The notes below the pieces were generated by a model, which was not told the DNA's origin, searched no databases, and saw only the letters and a list, made by a program, of their open reading frames with translations. Source: Basidiobolus meristosporus CBS 931.73 (taxonomy: Eukaryota; Fungi; Basidiobolomycota). From it: 64,000 nucleotides of DNA. Numbering within the stretch: position 1 is the first letter of the stretch; every line of letters begins with the position of its first letter. Made by a program: the position numbers and the translations under genes. The stretch is from NCBI GenBank assembly GCA_002104905.1, contig MCFE01000082.1, positions 1 through 64,000 of the forward strand, read 5' to 3'. Of this stretch, positions 10,162 through 23,200 are shown in pieces.

Positions 10162-12003
10162 AATGCCGCACTAATCCAAACACAGTACATCCCGAAGACG
10201 GTTTATAGTGTTCACCCGCCGAGGTGTGTTTGGTTTGGAATAACGCCGAGTAATTGCTGGTTGTACTTAGTCTAGGATTTTTCATCAGGTGGTGATGTAG
10301 GAGTAGTCACAGTCTACAATAAAACCTAACCAGTGTATTGTGCAGGAATCCCAGCTTTACATCCAATGGCGGTTTGTTTGTTATTTAGGACCATTTGACT
10401 TCGAAATAGTCTTGTGTTAGGTGTTAAGTACCGTAATCTATGGTACGGGATTCTTAGTATTTGGGGAAAACCAGCCCTCATAGCTGTAGTATTCAAGCGT
10501 TACCAGAATGGCCCTCCCATGCCCTGTTGATTACTTAATCCAGCGTTAATTAAACTTCGGTAAAACGTAGATCATTACGCAGGGACGAAAAGCCTCGATT
10601 AACGCTGCAACGCATTGGCTGTTTATCAAATGTGAACAATTGAACCTTTAGTCGAAGCAACATGAATAAGTTGTGCAAGTTCCAACAAGCTGAGATAAAT
10701 TTGGAAATGTTGAACAAATAGGTTGACTAAAATGGTCCAGTGTAGGCCAAATCATACCAACTCTCCTGATCAGCGCATCCTCTATTTGCTCATCACGTCA
10801 AGAACACACTTCATACATATCTAGTAGGAACATGTTTAAGCACCCACGTCCATTGTTTAATGCACTTGGTATGGAAGCACATGGAGATCTAATATGATTG
10901 CAGTGCTAGTGATTAACATGAGGTATCAAATGATCGAGGTATTTTTAACTTATTCATCACCATGTTCTGGAATCATTACATGAGTAACAGCAACCTCATA
11001 CAGTAACGGCAATATCATCGACTGGTTTACAGGAGCCCCTTCCTGTGCGCATGCTACCGGAGTATGCGACCGAATTATGCCGGGGCACAGGGTACGCTGG
11101 TGCCAGATTTCACGCAGTTCTGTCGAGGTGCAATGATGGAATTTCAAGTATATTAAATCCGCCACTTCAGCAAGCATGTTCATATTAGATTACCATGGAT
11201 TAGTCCAGCATGCAATTTCAACTAAATCATCTGATGATTTTCCCTATATATATATCCAATATGACCTGGACCGTGTTAATATATATTAAGATTACCATAT
11301 TACTCCATGCAAACTGTGGAGGAAAGGTAAATGTTCTGCAAGGCGTGGTCGAGGAGTCGATCCCTCAAGCCCCCAATCAGATCCATAGATGACGCAAGTG
11401 AGGATGAACTAATACGCCTGAAGCTCAGTGCAATATAATCGAGTTGATGAGATTTCCAAATCAATCTTGTAGACGAGGCGCTCCGAACAGATGGGACGGG
11501 ACGGCGTGTTGATAGGATATCTTTCCACAATTGAATCATAAAGCCACGCTGTACTCTGGCCGAGTAGGTTCTGACGTTCAATTCAATCTATGCATTGTTG
11601 ATGTGGTCGATAATTCGAGCAGGTTGTTGATTACTGGAGCAGAGGTTGTTGAGGTTACTGCCAAGTTGAGCAAACTCTCTCCAGTGACACCCAATCAGCT
11701 TGTACATGTATGGCTACAGGTTCGTCTTTAATATCCATATATAGTGTAATATAATAATAGCGTAAGCCTTGTCACAGCATTTAACAGCTGATGCACCTTA
11801 GTGTTGATTGGTAATGTAGTCGAATGTGAAGATGAAGGGATCCGCCAAACTGACTTGCTTTATCTAGACATATTTTTTCAACACATGGAATAGGAAATCA
11901 AATGCCGAGTATAAATAGCTCTTGCGTACTGTCATTCAAAGACCGTTCTTCGTTTTGTAAATTTCCTGAACTTCTTTCTTTTCTGTAAGTTCATAGCTTT
12001 ACC

Positions 12004-13410
12004 ATGATTACAATCCAGTCCATTCATACACCTACCCTACCGGAGTCCACTACCCCATACTGTGTAAATATACCAAGAGAAGTCTGTGACAGAAATACGC
12101 TATTTGATTTGCTGGATGAGCACCATCGCCGCTTCCATATAGACTATGGTGGCTACTTGGCTAATCATGTCACACACAACCTGTTTTCTCTCTATGCACT
12201 CGGTGGTAAGGATCATGCCTCTCAGTGACCCACATTACATACATGCACTAACCAAGCCTTGTCGTAGCTACCTCCGAGTGTCTAACCAGTCATTTTAATC
12301 AATCCGCTCAAAACCTAGAGCGCTTCCCCCCCTCCAAAATCAACATAACTGAAGAAAACTGGAGGTTCTTCTTGGGACAGAAAAAGTAAGTCTTCTTGTA
12401 GCTATGCCTCACATGCGAGTTCATTGCTAACGCTGGCCATCCCTTCCCTTACCTCAATTAGATACTACACAGATTACGTGAAGTTTTTTGATCAACGCAT
12501 TCGTTTGTTTGGACTTCTGGAGACATTTCAGAAGTACGGCTCAATTCTGATACCAGGACTACTTGGAAACTCCCTGCACCCCTTGGTGCATCTGGGTTTC
12601 GGAGTCGAATTCGAGCATCCCTCAGTTACCTCAGAAGGTCTTGCATATGCCGCTATGACCTACCTGTCGTACGGTGAGTTGATCGACGAGGCTTCGACTC
12701 CATTTAATCAGAACCTTGGGTGCCGACAGATATTAGAAATGATTCGAACAGACAAACGATTCGACGGACCTTTCGAAGGACAATTCCAAGCGAAAGTCAA
12801 GATCCTGGTGAAATCCAGGGCGGACCTATTGAAGAGCTATGTGGACGCCTGGGTCTCTCGTGGTAAGGGACATTCGTGTACGTGTAATTCCAGTTACACA
12901 GACTTCTAACAAGTACAATGCAAATTTTTAGGCCAAGACATTAATATCGAAGAAAAACTGCGTGAGCTGACTAGAACAGTCACACAGATTTACGCGTCGG
13001 AATGTCTGAAGGGCAAATCAAATATATTCCTCGGCCATATTCTCACGTCCTCAAATGCGGTCAAATCCCTAATGCCCCATCTCTCCACGGTGGATCGCAC
13101 ACGGCTATTCCGCGTATACTGGCTTGCCGTGATTTCGCACTATATTATCCAGGGTCGGCCCCATATTCACATCCTCCAGCACACGGAGATATCCGGAGCT
13201 GAGCAGACAGCCCCTTGGCCCGTCATTATTCATGAGGTACTCACGAACCAGGATGACAAGGTACCTAACTTGGTTCGGACCTTAATGTGGGCTGAGCAGG
13301 AAAACGGGTTCGAGGATGGTCTCTATCGACGCGCTGCCGAGATGACTGTAAATATGACCAAAGAGTATGAGTGGGGAGTTGATGGGATTGGATGGTGGAC
13401 AGTTAAATGA
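12004..13410 (+). CDS. Questin oxidase-like / DUF4243 (HypA-like) oxidoreductase, 4 exons
   Basis: HHRRFHIDYGGYLANHVTHNLFSLYALG and LHPLVHLGFGVEF...EGLAYAA motifs. GT-AG introns from 12206, ~12386 and ~12863; the first two junctions were checked and keep frame. Confidence 0.8.
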
Positions 13411-14118
13411 ATATATTAATGAATTAGCTTTACCCAACCTCGATTGGCCCCCACTTCATCATAAATCACCCGTTTAATAATTTCGACGCCCATCGGATAA
13501 ATATAAGTTTCCCATAAAGAATGCACTTTTAAATAACTTACCCTATCATTGGCAGGTGCAGACCTATCATGTCATTCTTACACTATTACAACCAGTGATT
13601 ACATATGATTGTGCGAGGGCCATTCCTTCAGCTTCTCCGTGCCCCATTCACTCCACGTGTTCCAAGTCAGCATGCCCACACCAAGGGAGTCCCACTGATC
13701 TCGTTGGGCAACCTAATGTTCGATTGGCCTACACGTGGCATGATTACTCTAGTTGCTCTATTAAAGTCCAGTTGGTTGGAGAGTCTTAGATGGGAAGGTG
13801 GGCCGAACATGTAGATGTAGGCGGATTACCAGATGTTTATCAATCGCCACATTATGACATACCTATCAAGTGCCAGCGAACGCGCGCCATTGTTGTATCT
13901 AACCTAACAAATGCCGGGTTCCATGAAAATTACATCCCATCCCTAACTGTAATAAAAATAAGCTGGTGGTCTCGACTAGTTCTATCATGAAAAACGGCCG
14001 AGGCAAGCCGAATTGGAAGGAATCAACATGGGATGAGAGATAAGTAATTTACTTTTCAGTAGGGCATTAAAAACAAACGGAGGGCAGGTGAAGATGAAGG
14101 TGTAAATGCTTGAGCGAG

Positions 14119-17100
14119 TTATTCTAGGGGCTCTTTTGTTTCAGTAACCAATGTACCGCTATCCTTTTTACGCAGGCTTGGCATGAGCTCTACGTGTTTT
14201 TCTTCCGTGTCGACTGTAGCTTCAGTGGAGGCTTCAGGCTGATCGTTTACACTGGATGTTGTCGATGGCCGGCGTGAGGACGATTTTTGCTTGAGGAGTG
14301 CCTTGCCTTTATCAAACGAAGGCAACTTCAACGCTGCTCTAGTCTCCATAGCCTTCTCGTTGAACATGGCTTCCTTTGTGCTAGTGGGCATCCCAGAATT
14401 CCTGATCCCAAATGTGCCACTCGTTGTACGCGGCGCTTTCATTCTCAAGCTGGATGGGCTGGTACTGTTCGAGGTAACACTGTTGGAAGCACTCGTGCCA
14501 TCTTGACTCTTCCATCTCCTCCAGCCCTCGAAATCTATCAATGCCTGCATACAACCCCACTCCATGATCTTCTTTTCCAGCCAGACAAGCGATACTGGTT
14601 TGGTAAGGAAATCATTGCAACCAGCGGCTAAAGCGGCATGTCGATCCGATTGTAAGGACGACGCAGTCAATGCTACTATAATCACTGGCGATCTGAAAGG
14701 CGAAGATGGTGAGTTGGGAGTGGATGCTGAGGATGCTTGTCCACCAGGTGAGGAAAGCACGCCGATCTTGTTGATTTTCTCCAACCGGCGGATTTCTTTG
14801 GTGGCAGCAATACCGTCCATCACTGGTAATTGAATGTCCATCAGCACCAAATGAAATCCACCTTCTTTCCACTTCTGCACTGCCTCGAGTCCATTGTTTG
14901 CCACCGAGTATTTTATCTTGCGTTTCCGCATGAACGTAGACAAAATGGTTTGATTGATTGGGTTGTCTTCTACAATTAACACATTAATCGGTGGGCTAAC
15001 CACACTCGACATTGATGATGTGCTGGCCGGTGCAGTGTTAAAGCGCGCAGATTTCTTGCGGGACGTAGCCTTCGAGACGGATGGGCTTACAGGCGCCTTC
15101 GGCGTGGGAAGCGGGCTCGGCGGCTTTGTCTGGGGAGGTAAGGGTATGGAAAGCGGTGCACTAGCCACAGCCGCGGGGCGTATGGACGGTGATGATATGA
15201 CGGAAGAACCTAGGTTCGACAGTGATGCCGGGGCACGGGGCAATATGATAGGTTTTCCATTGATAGTCGGTGATGGACTTGAAGTAACTGAATTGGGAGA
15301 CGAATCACTATTGGGTTGCTTCGGAGATCCAGCAAAGGACTGATCCGGTGTACGCCGTGTAAATAAGGGATTTGAAATGCGTGAGAGAGGTGACTTCGTG
15401 GGGCCTTGGCCTGTGTAAGATTTGGGATCAAAGATGATTGTACCAGTCACAGGAGTCGAGGGATTGTTAGTCGGTAAACCGTGGCTGCTTGACAGGGGAT
15501 TCTCATTCAAAGTATCCGATGGTAATCTATACGTATCAAAGTTGATGAAATCCATGGGATTTCTTTCTTCTTCTTTGGTCTGATGATACTTTAATCCCGG
15601 ACTCATGGGGGAGGTTGCGATGGGAATGTACGATGGATCCACCTTCGGCTTGGTAATAGCAGTATGTAGCGTTGTCAGGAGTCTCTTCGGACCTATTGGC
15701 TTAGGAATAACTAGCACTTGAGGAGGAAGCAAGTGATGAGGTGTTATCAATAGGGAATACACTTCGTCCTTAATCAGCTGGTAGTTCGACAAAGAAGTAA
15801 AATGAATGATCGACGTAACGAGATGGTTGCTCAGAGACTCCATACGACGATGACGTCGATTCTGGTGGTTGGAAAAATTGAACGCCGGATTATTGCGAAG
15901 AGATATGAACTGCTCGCGCAAGGTTTTGATGTCATCGTCAATGATGATAAAGGTCGGTGGAGTACCACTCTTGATCGCTTCTTCTTTGGCCAAGCTCAAT
16001 CCAGCCAGATTAGGTACAATAGTGGATTTTGATGGAGTACCACCCGTCGCCTCTTTCTCTTCATTTGGTGCTCCAATTGGAATGTGGGTGATATCTAAGC
16101 CGCATACAGTTAAGCAGGAAGTGAGATGCTTCGCAAAGACCGAATGGTCCCTAGCGTGCAAAGCAGCTTTAAGGCCACGCAGGGTTAACGAGAACCGAGC
16201 CAGCTCTTCGGGGGACGGCTCGTCAGCTATGTTTAATCTTCGTCTTATCTCCGAGTTGTTTCTTGCAATACTGCATTCCCTTTTAAGCGGCTCTTTCGAG
16301 CCAGAAACCAATTTGAAATTCAGATCGATCACCTGGGCGCCCTCTCTCTCGCTGGCTAGCAGTTCACCCCCTAAGCCTTGGACAAGCTTCGCCGTCAAGT
16401 TGGCGTCAGGGCAAAAGGCAGACACTGCTGGATCGTCAACTGAGGGTGGAGTGTATATAATCTCAAACGTCAGATTGACCTTCTCGCTTTCTGGAGCTTT
16501 CCCATCTAAAGCTTCCGACTTTTCGGGCGTCAAATGAAGGCCTAGCTCAATCCATGCTCCGGGGGTGGCCGAATCGATCACAGTTTTGACCATAGTGATC
16601 AAAACATGTCGGAATCCCGCCTCGTTACCAATAACATTTCGGTGGTGAAAACCGCTGTCCGCGTGAAACAATATAAGCTCAACTTTCGCCTCAGCAGCAG
16701 TTCCGGCCAGCATGTCACCTACACTTTGGACCAGCTCACCAATATCAAACTCACAAGCATCGTCGTCAAACTGCTCAGCTCCCTCAGCTGCAGACTCTTC
16801 TGTAAAAAGCAGGCGGTTAATCAGAGTCAAATGAGATGACACATTGATGATATGCTTGAGAGCAGCATGAACAGCACTAACAGAAGCCGTAGGAACAGTG
16901 ATGGAGCAAGCAGAGACATGCTCCTGAGGCTTAATCAACAGCTCTGGAGGCGACAGCTGCTTGACCGTTTCGATTGCCATAGAGGTAGCATTTTTTAGCT
17001 CCGTGGTCATGTTCTTGATAAAGAGCGCCTTATGATCTGCATGGCTGGTGTGTAGTCGTGAGATGGCGTCTGAAAGTTTCTTCAACTCGCAGTCTACAAC

Positions 17101-17724
17101 GGTGGCATATCTCACTCTGTCTTTCGTATATGCTTTGTTTATAGACCACAGTAGCAAAAAGAAAGGAAAGTGGAATATACGGGACAAGTGTAAGGGCACG
17201 GTTGTGGTTGACTGTAGGTCGATCAAGTCCTTCAGCGAGCGGATTTCACCGAAATGAAGGGAAATCGGCCATAATTGCTGGAGCAACTCGGTCAGAAAGA
17301 GGATGAAAGAAAAGTAAATGCTGTACTTTAAGCTGGCGGTTAAACTGCAAAGCGATCTCTGAAGCAAAATGAATGCTAGGAGCCAAAAAAACACTTGAAT
17401 GGTACAAAAGATGGAGCCCCAGGAAATATGTAGCTGATTATAGAAGTTGTCGGAGCTGGAAGTATTATTGATAGTTCTACTGAGCGGATATACAAGACAA
17501 ATTAGATATGCTATTGAGGTGGTTCTAACGAGAATTTCTACAGTTTCGCACGGGATATGCGATAGCTTTTCTTGTGTTTGGATTGTGGGTTGTAGATTTT
17601 GAGGTAACTGTCTTTGAAGCAGGTCTTCTTCTGTGGTGATGTTTTTCTCGATGCTTTTATAAAGATTGATTGACTTTTTACCAATACTACGCTTGGTAGA
17701 GTCAGAAGTTGTTTTCTCTGCCAT
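14119..17724 (-). CDS. SSK1: Ssk1/Mcs4-type response regulator (HOG pathway), single exon, 1201 aa
   Basis: C-terminal receiver domain PINVLIVEDNPINQ...HLVLMDIQLPVMDG...IIVALTASSLQSDRHAALAAGCNDFLTKP...WGCMQALIDF. Upstream are degenerate HisKA/HATPase-like segments. Confidence 0.9.
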   Translation of the reverse strand: MAEKTTSDSTKRSIGKKSINLYKSIEKNITTEEDLLQRQLPQNLQPTIQTQEKLSHIPCETVEILVRTTSIAYLICLVYPLSRTINNTSSSDNFYNQLHISWGSIFCTIQVFFWLLAFILLQRSLCSLTASLKYSIYFSFILFLTELLQQLWPISLHFGEIRSLKDLIDLQSTTTVPLHLSRIFHFPFFLLLWSINKAYTKDRVRYATVVDCELKKLSDAISRLHTSHADHKALFIKNMTTELKNATSMAIETVKQLSPPELLIKPQEHVSACSITVPTASVSAVHAALKHIINVSSHLTLINRLLFTEESAAEGAEQFDDDACEFDIGELVQSVGDMLAGTAAEAKVELILFHADSGFHHRNVIGNEAGFRHVLITMVKTVIDSATPGAWIELGLHLTPEKSEALDGKAPESEKVNLTFEIIYTPPSVDDPAVSAFCPDANLTAKLVQGLGGELLASEREGAQVIDLNFKLVSGSKEPLKRECSIARNNSEIRRRLNIADEPSPEELARFSLTLRGLKAALHARDHSVFAKHLTSCLTVCGLDITHIPIGAPNEEKEATGGTPSKSTIVPNLAGLSLAKEEAIKSGTPPTFIIIDDDIKTLREQFISLRNNPAFNFSNHQNRRHRRMESLSNHLVTSIIHFTSLSNYQLIKDEVYSLLITPHHLLPPQVLVIPKPIGPKRLLTTLHTAITKPKVDPSYIPIATSPMSPGLKYHQTKEEERNPMDFINFDTYRLPSDTLNENPLSSSHGLPTNNPSTPVTGTIIFDPKSYTGQGPTKSPLSRISNPLFTRRTPDQSFAGSPKQPNSDSSPNSVTSSPSPTINGKPIILPRAPASLSNLGSSVISSPSIRPAAVASAPLSIPLPPQTKPPSPLPTPKAPVSPSVSKATSRKKSARFNTAPASTSSMSSVVSPPINVLIVEDNPINQTILSTFMRKRKIKYSVANNGLEAVQKWKEGGFHLVLMDIQLPVMDGIAATKEIRRLEKINKIGVLSSPGGQASSASTPNSPSSPFRSPVIIVALTASSLQSDRHAALAAGCNDFLTKPVSLVWLEKKIMEWGCMQALIDFEGWRRWKSQDGTSASNSVTSNSTSPSSLRMKAPRTTSGTFGIRNSGMPTSTKEAMFNEKAMETRAALKLPSFDKGKALLKQKSSSRRPSTTSSVNDQPEASTEATVDTEEKHVELMPSLRKKDSGTLVTETKEPLE

Positions 17725-18614
17725 TTCGTCTCTGCTGCTTTCGTGCTGCTTGAAGGAAAACCAAAGCTCTGGTAGCCAGGTAGTATAGTGGGAACTAACG
17801 GATGGGTTGGGCTGGAATCGGCCTATTTTACAGGAGAATATTGGATTCGCTTTTTAACGTTATTTCAGCAAAAGGGTAAATCACATAAGTTTGAAAGCAG
17901 GTGTTTCAAAGAAAAGCAAAAGGAAGGGGCGATAAGGAGTCTTGGTAGACGTAACTGAAGTCGGCAAGATATCTCAAGAACGTTCAGTATTAATCGATTG
18001 ATTTAGGTCGTACAACTGTGGTATGCTATCAAACCCCCCATAAAAAATTGATCAGGGAAATTGGACAATACGATACGTAGCCAGCCAAAATTAGCGGTGA
18101 AATGGATATCGATGTAGGCTGGTCGTTTTTTACCGTAATGAATCAAGCTATGATTTTCTACACAATATAGATACAAGCTCCTGTTCCAACCAAAACTGGA
18201 TGATCCGTGTTAAAACAGGACATGATCCTAGTGCTTGTACGATGAGGGCATAGTGAAAATGAACACCAACCATTTTGAGATGCAGAAATATTACACACAA
18301 AATTCATCCAATTGCTGTTAAAAACAACCGATAGCCATCAGATATGATTCATTGCTAGTGTATACGAAAAAAGAAATACCGATTTCCCAGATGAACCATT
18401 GATTTACTGATGGATGCTTTGCTGGGGTGCCGATAGGGATGATTAAATTGTACTGTTTAACCATCAAATTACTGATTTCGGCTTATTTTCCTGCGTCACC
18501 AATTCCATCAATCCTTGCCCTTTTTTTCTTGGCCATTGGAATATCTACTTTCTGTGCTCCTCATTGTGCCATTGGAGATAGGCTTTGCTAAATTTTCCTT
18601 ACAAGAGCAGCAAA

Positions 18615-19513
18615 ATGTAATTGAAACTGTTTCCATCAGATTTCAACGTACGCAAATTCACACCAAGTTTCTTATATATTAGGGGACCTCGCTATTCAGA
18701 TCGCTCCCGATCACGTTCTCCATATTCCTCTAGATCTCGTTCTTATTCACGTTCTTCATATTCCCGTTCAAGATCAAGGTATAGTTCGACTTAATCTGAT
18801 CAAAGTGTGGTTTATTCTTCCCAGAATGCTTACACCAAATTGTAGATCGTATTCATATTCACGTTCCCGTTCCGGATCATACTCACGCTCACCTTCGCGT
18901 AATCGAGCCCGCAGAAGACGTTCCTACTCACCACGTCGTAGAAGTCCCACCAAATCTACTACTGTTAGAGTCACCGGGCTTACCCGTAATGTTAGCAAAG
19001 CCCACGTAGAGGAGATATTCGAATTTTATGGTCGAATCAAAGATGTAGAATTACCAATCAACCGGAAGCTTTCGGCAAACAAGGGTGTTGCTTTTGTAAC
19101 ATTTGAGAAAGTCATTGATGCTGAAAGGGCTATCGAGTGTATGCACGAGGGCCAACTAGATGGAAGTATTCTAGATTGCACGTTTACTCGTCCTAAACCA
19201 GCGGCTCCTCCCAGAAGAGGTATTTAAGGTTTATTGTCGTGTTGATTGAGCTACACTTTGCCAACAGTTGTTTCCTACTCTAGGCGATCGTTTTAGGCCG
19301 GGTGGCTTCAGGAGAGGTCGCTCAAGATCACCCGTTGCCCGTCATAGATCATATTCTCCCGATAACCGTAGGAGAGGGCGCTCTTATTCCTATAGCTCAT
19401 ACAGTTCTCGCAGTAGATCGCGGTCTCCTTACTCGGATAGCTCAAGCCGTAGCTATAGTTACAGCCGCAGCCGTAGTCGTTCACGTGATAGCACCCAAAG
19501 CAGAGGCAAATGA
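18615..19513 (+). CDS. RNPS1: RNPS1-like SR protein with RRM (EJC/ASAP component), 4 exons
   Basis: RS-rich N-terminus, then RRM VRVTGLTRNVSKAHVEEIFEFYG...NKGVAFVTF...MHEGQLDG, then RS-rich tail. Introns at 18617-18682, 18779-18845 and 19220-19283. Confidence 0.85.
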
Positions 19514-20285
19514 AAAAAGGAAACTCGAGTGATTGACACGTACATGTATTCAAGCAAACAAACTTCTTGGTTTTAATCCAAAAATGGTGGGGGACGGTGT
19601 CATTCTATTCCCTTGCTTTTTTCTATTATCACCGTACCCATGGCAAGGAAAAGCCATCCAAGGCGGTCCCCATAGTTCTTTGTGTTGGCATATACTGTGC
19701 TTTTAACATAAGTTGCTAATAAAGAAGTAAACCATACAGACCACCATTGAAATGTGGCCTACTCTCAGCTGGAGATGTCACTTTCCTTGACACTTTTACT
19801 GCAGCTTGTTGCCGATTCCAAAGCATGTTAGTTCACAGTACATTCATTTGGCGTTGGACGGAAACGGACAGTGAGATGACTATGTTTTGTAGCATAGTGC
19901 AAGAGATTCCTTAATATTTATTAGGTACTCGATCACATTAATGCATGCATTTTAGCTGAATTTTTTGGATGTGGGGGAATATGTATATCACGACTTGGAT
20001 TGACATTGGTATAGCTTTCCCAGACACCCGTCTCGTAGTCAAGTATAGCTATTAGATGGGACGTTGGAGGAATGCAAAACCATCGAATTAATTTCGGATG
20101 CAGCGTATTTATCTTTAATCGAGGCTCTATCGATAATTATACACTCCCCAATAGAAAAATTTAACAGTTTTTGAAGAGATATAATGGATGAAATGGTTCA
20201 GTTGAGAGTATTGCTGTTGGATGAAGTTCACAGGATATGAGGGTGTGGTCGAGGAGTAAAAGGAAATCATCACTAGGTAGCCAAG

Positions 20286-23200
20286 TTACAGTCCATTCTG
20301 TACCTTGAATTGATCCCAAGCCTCGTTCAGAATGCTGAACAGGCCGCTGGCCAGAAGCTTGCGTTCTACACTTGCATCAGTTGAAAGCTGATATTGATGA
20401 GCATCTATTAAATTGATCATAGGCCTATTTAATGAAAACTTACCTTATCTGGGTGAAGTTTTGCAATGGCCCGTATGTATTTCGACTTCACTTGATTTGG
20501 CTGTATCAGGTCTTGTAACCCGCAAGGTTTCCAGTTCAAGTCGGGCCACAAAATGGTGTCCAATGAAGCAAGCATAGCACGTAAATTCCCTATCTTGTTC
20601 GACTTCCATTGATTCAGGCGTCCCTCGATCATGTCGATGATGCGTAACTTTTCCTCTTCTTCTCGCTCAGCACACCTCTCCTGCGCTCTTAAGCGAGAAA
20701 CGGCCTCGCTTTTATCTATGTCTTGTTTTGTCACCGTTGAAGTCTTCATTGATGGCGGCGGGGTAGTAGCAAACCCAAATTCGTCTAGATGAGTGCCAAA
20801 AGTGGCTGAGTAGGTGTGAACGGTAGCTGTGCTTGATTGATCGAAAGAAAATAGGTCGGTGGATGCAGGCGTCTCAAGTGTTTGGGAGGAAGCGGAGCTC
20901 TTTGAGGTAGTCTCACCATTCATCACTTTGATTGCTTTTTGGCAACGTCGAACACCTTCCAGGCCACTCTTATTTCTAGAATCGATGGTCAAGATCTTGT
21001 TGAAGTCATTTTCCGCTGCTTCAAACTTCTCCTTTGCTTCGTTAGCGGTGGCACGTCGAGTAATTGCTTTGATGTACTGGTCTTTGAAGCTGATAGAATC
21101 ATTGGGCGACGAATACATGTAGTCGTCACGAATCAGGGCTACCACTTGATCACAATCGCTTATTGCCCCGTTATTATCACCAACCTTGAGTCTGGACGCT
21201 GCTCGATTATTGTAGAGTGGTATCAGGTTATCGTGATTTGGCGGAAGTATGGAGATGGCTTTGCTATAGAATTCTACAGCGTCTCCAAACTGCCCGAGTT
21301 TGAACTTTTCGTTTCCGGCAGCCTTCTGACTTTCACTAGACTGGATTTGCTCTAGACTAGCGGGTATAATTGCTCTATGAGGACGTTGAGCCTGAGGCTG
21401 TGCTTGTGGTATGGCGAATGGCCTGGGAGAAGCTGGAGGCTGGCTGGCTTCTCGATTTTTCAGAGATGCAGGTGGTCTAGGCGGCGGACGACGAGATCTT
21501 AACGATTCATGCGACTGCGTTCTGTTAACACCATTGAAACGCTCCTTCAAAGGTTGTCGTGGCATGGATGGAGCACAAACGCTGTTGTTCATTTCGATCG
21601 AGTAGCCGTTCTTGTAACTGTGGTGTGTAGCTTGAGTGGTCTCTTCGTCAGAGCTATCGTCATCAGAATAATTTTGCAACCAGCGAGGCCTCTCAATCCT
21701 GAATTGATCATTCGCTCGTGAGCTTTCGTTTCGGTGTTGAATTTCATCGATGCCCTCACGGATTTTGCCGGACGCTTGCTTCATAAGCAGATTGGCTTTG
21801 CTCAGGACAGATGCGCCTATAGTGCTGGCATTTGAGATGAATTTCTCCTTCCGGTTTTGAAAGTTTGACATATCAAAACCATCTCTAAACCTCTGCTGCC
21901 GACTATAACCTCTTGGATCGTTACCATACTTCCGCTGTGATGATACCTGACCGTAGTCCTCTTCATCAGAGCTATCTCGAGAGATCTGCGGTCTTCTGGG
22001 TAAAGGCGGCGCGTAGTTTAGCTTACGACGAGCAGCGTTGGCTTCAGCATTTCGATTCTCAATAAGTGTGTTGACGGCCACTTGAAAATCGTTACCGGAG
22101 TGGTCAAGAGCGGCGCGGGCCTGCTCATAATCGAATCCCATGTCCATTACTTTGGTAATTAAATGATCCACATCCAAATCAACAGTGGGGGTATATCTAT
22201 TCCCATTCGATGACTGGCGCTAAACACAATAAAGTTGCAAGATATATTGATGTCAAATAGATGCTGGAAACAACCTCGTCATGATGTTGACTATTACCTC
22301 TCCATCAAACTCCTCTTCATCTGACGAGTTTTCCTCCAGCTTCACCTTTGGTACTACCGGAGAAGCCAGAACACCCAGAGGGTTTGAGTATCTTTTTGGT
22401 AATGCCGGCCTATCGGTCGTTGGTGAATGTGATGATTGCGATGGGCCGGAGAACGCACTAAGACCGAATGGGTCATCATCTATTAACGACTAGCAGCAAC
22501 TCAGTAAATGATCTTTTGTGCCAATATCAGCGTCAAATACCAGGAAACGACATTTACATCAGTGGTGGATCTGGTCTTATTACTACTTTGCTCCAAAAAC
22601 TCAAAGTTCCAGGGGTCAATAGCGGGTGTAGTTGATAAGTGAGCCAAGGATTTTGAAGTTCTAAAAACAAACAAATTTGATAGTGTTATTTGAGGGTTGA
22701 ACCTTGCATATATATATATGTATGTATCTATTACTTTAGGGTGGAGCCGCTCCTACCTGGGCGGAGGCTTTGATTATCGTTGACGCTAATGGCTGGACCT
22801 AGTAACGCTTCAAAAGGCTCTGTCACGCTTGGTTTCTGTGACCCACTTGGCGAAGAGCTTATGCTACTCGCTAAGGGCGAGAATGAGCGAGTTGGTGTCA
22901 ATGGCACAGATTTAACTGTCGAATCTGAATTGGAGTCCAATTTCTCCCAGAAGTGTTTTTCAGCGGGAGAGGAGCTTAGGACTGAGCCTGGAAGAGTGGA
23001 ATTCAATTTCTTCTCGAGGTCTATTCTTCTCCGCTCCTCCAGAGTAAGGTTGGTTTTGCTGCTTTTTCTATGTAAACCAAGATCAACTAAACTCTCGAAT
23101 GGATCGACATTAGTGTCACCAAACGAGGCTTTAGGTGAAAGAAACTTTTCAGAAGAGTACTTCTTTGAATTAAAGGCGCCTCTCGAAGCGGTCGGCGATT

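Noticed and set aside
10200-11750. Coding-like fragments on the minus strand (e.g. RIIDHINNA*IELNVRTYS, LYDSIVERYP, GFNILEIPSLHLD) suggesting a pseudogene
   Set aside because: Stops in all frames and no family I can recognise; needs a frameshift-aware homology search.
14287-16839. Many plus-strand ORFs (up to 222 aa) overlapping SSK1, and similar shadow ORFs over SWA2, PRP45, BDP1, FOX2 and the bromodomain gene
   Set aside because: They are antisense or alternative-frame by-products of real genes, with no motifs.
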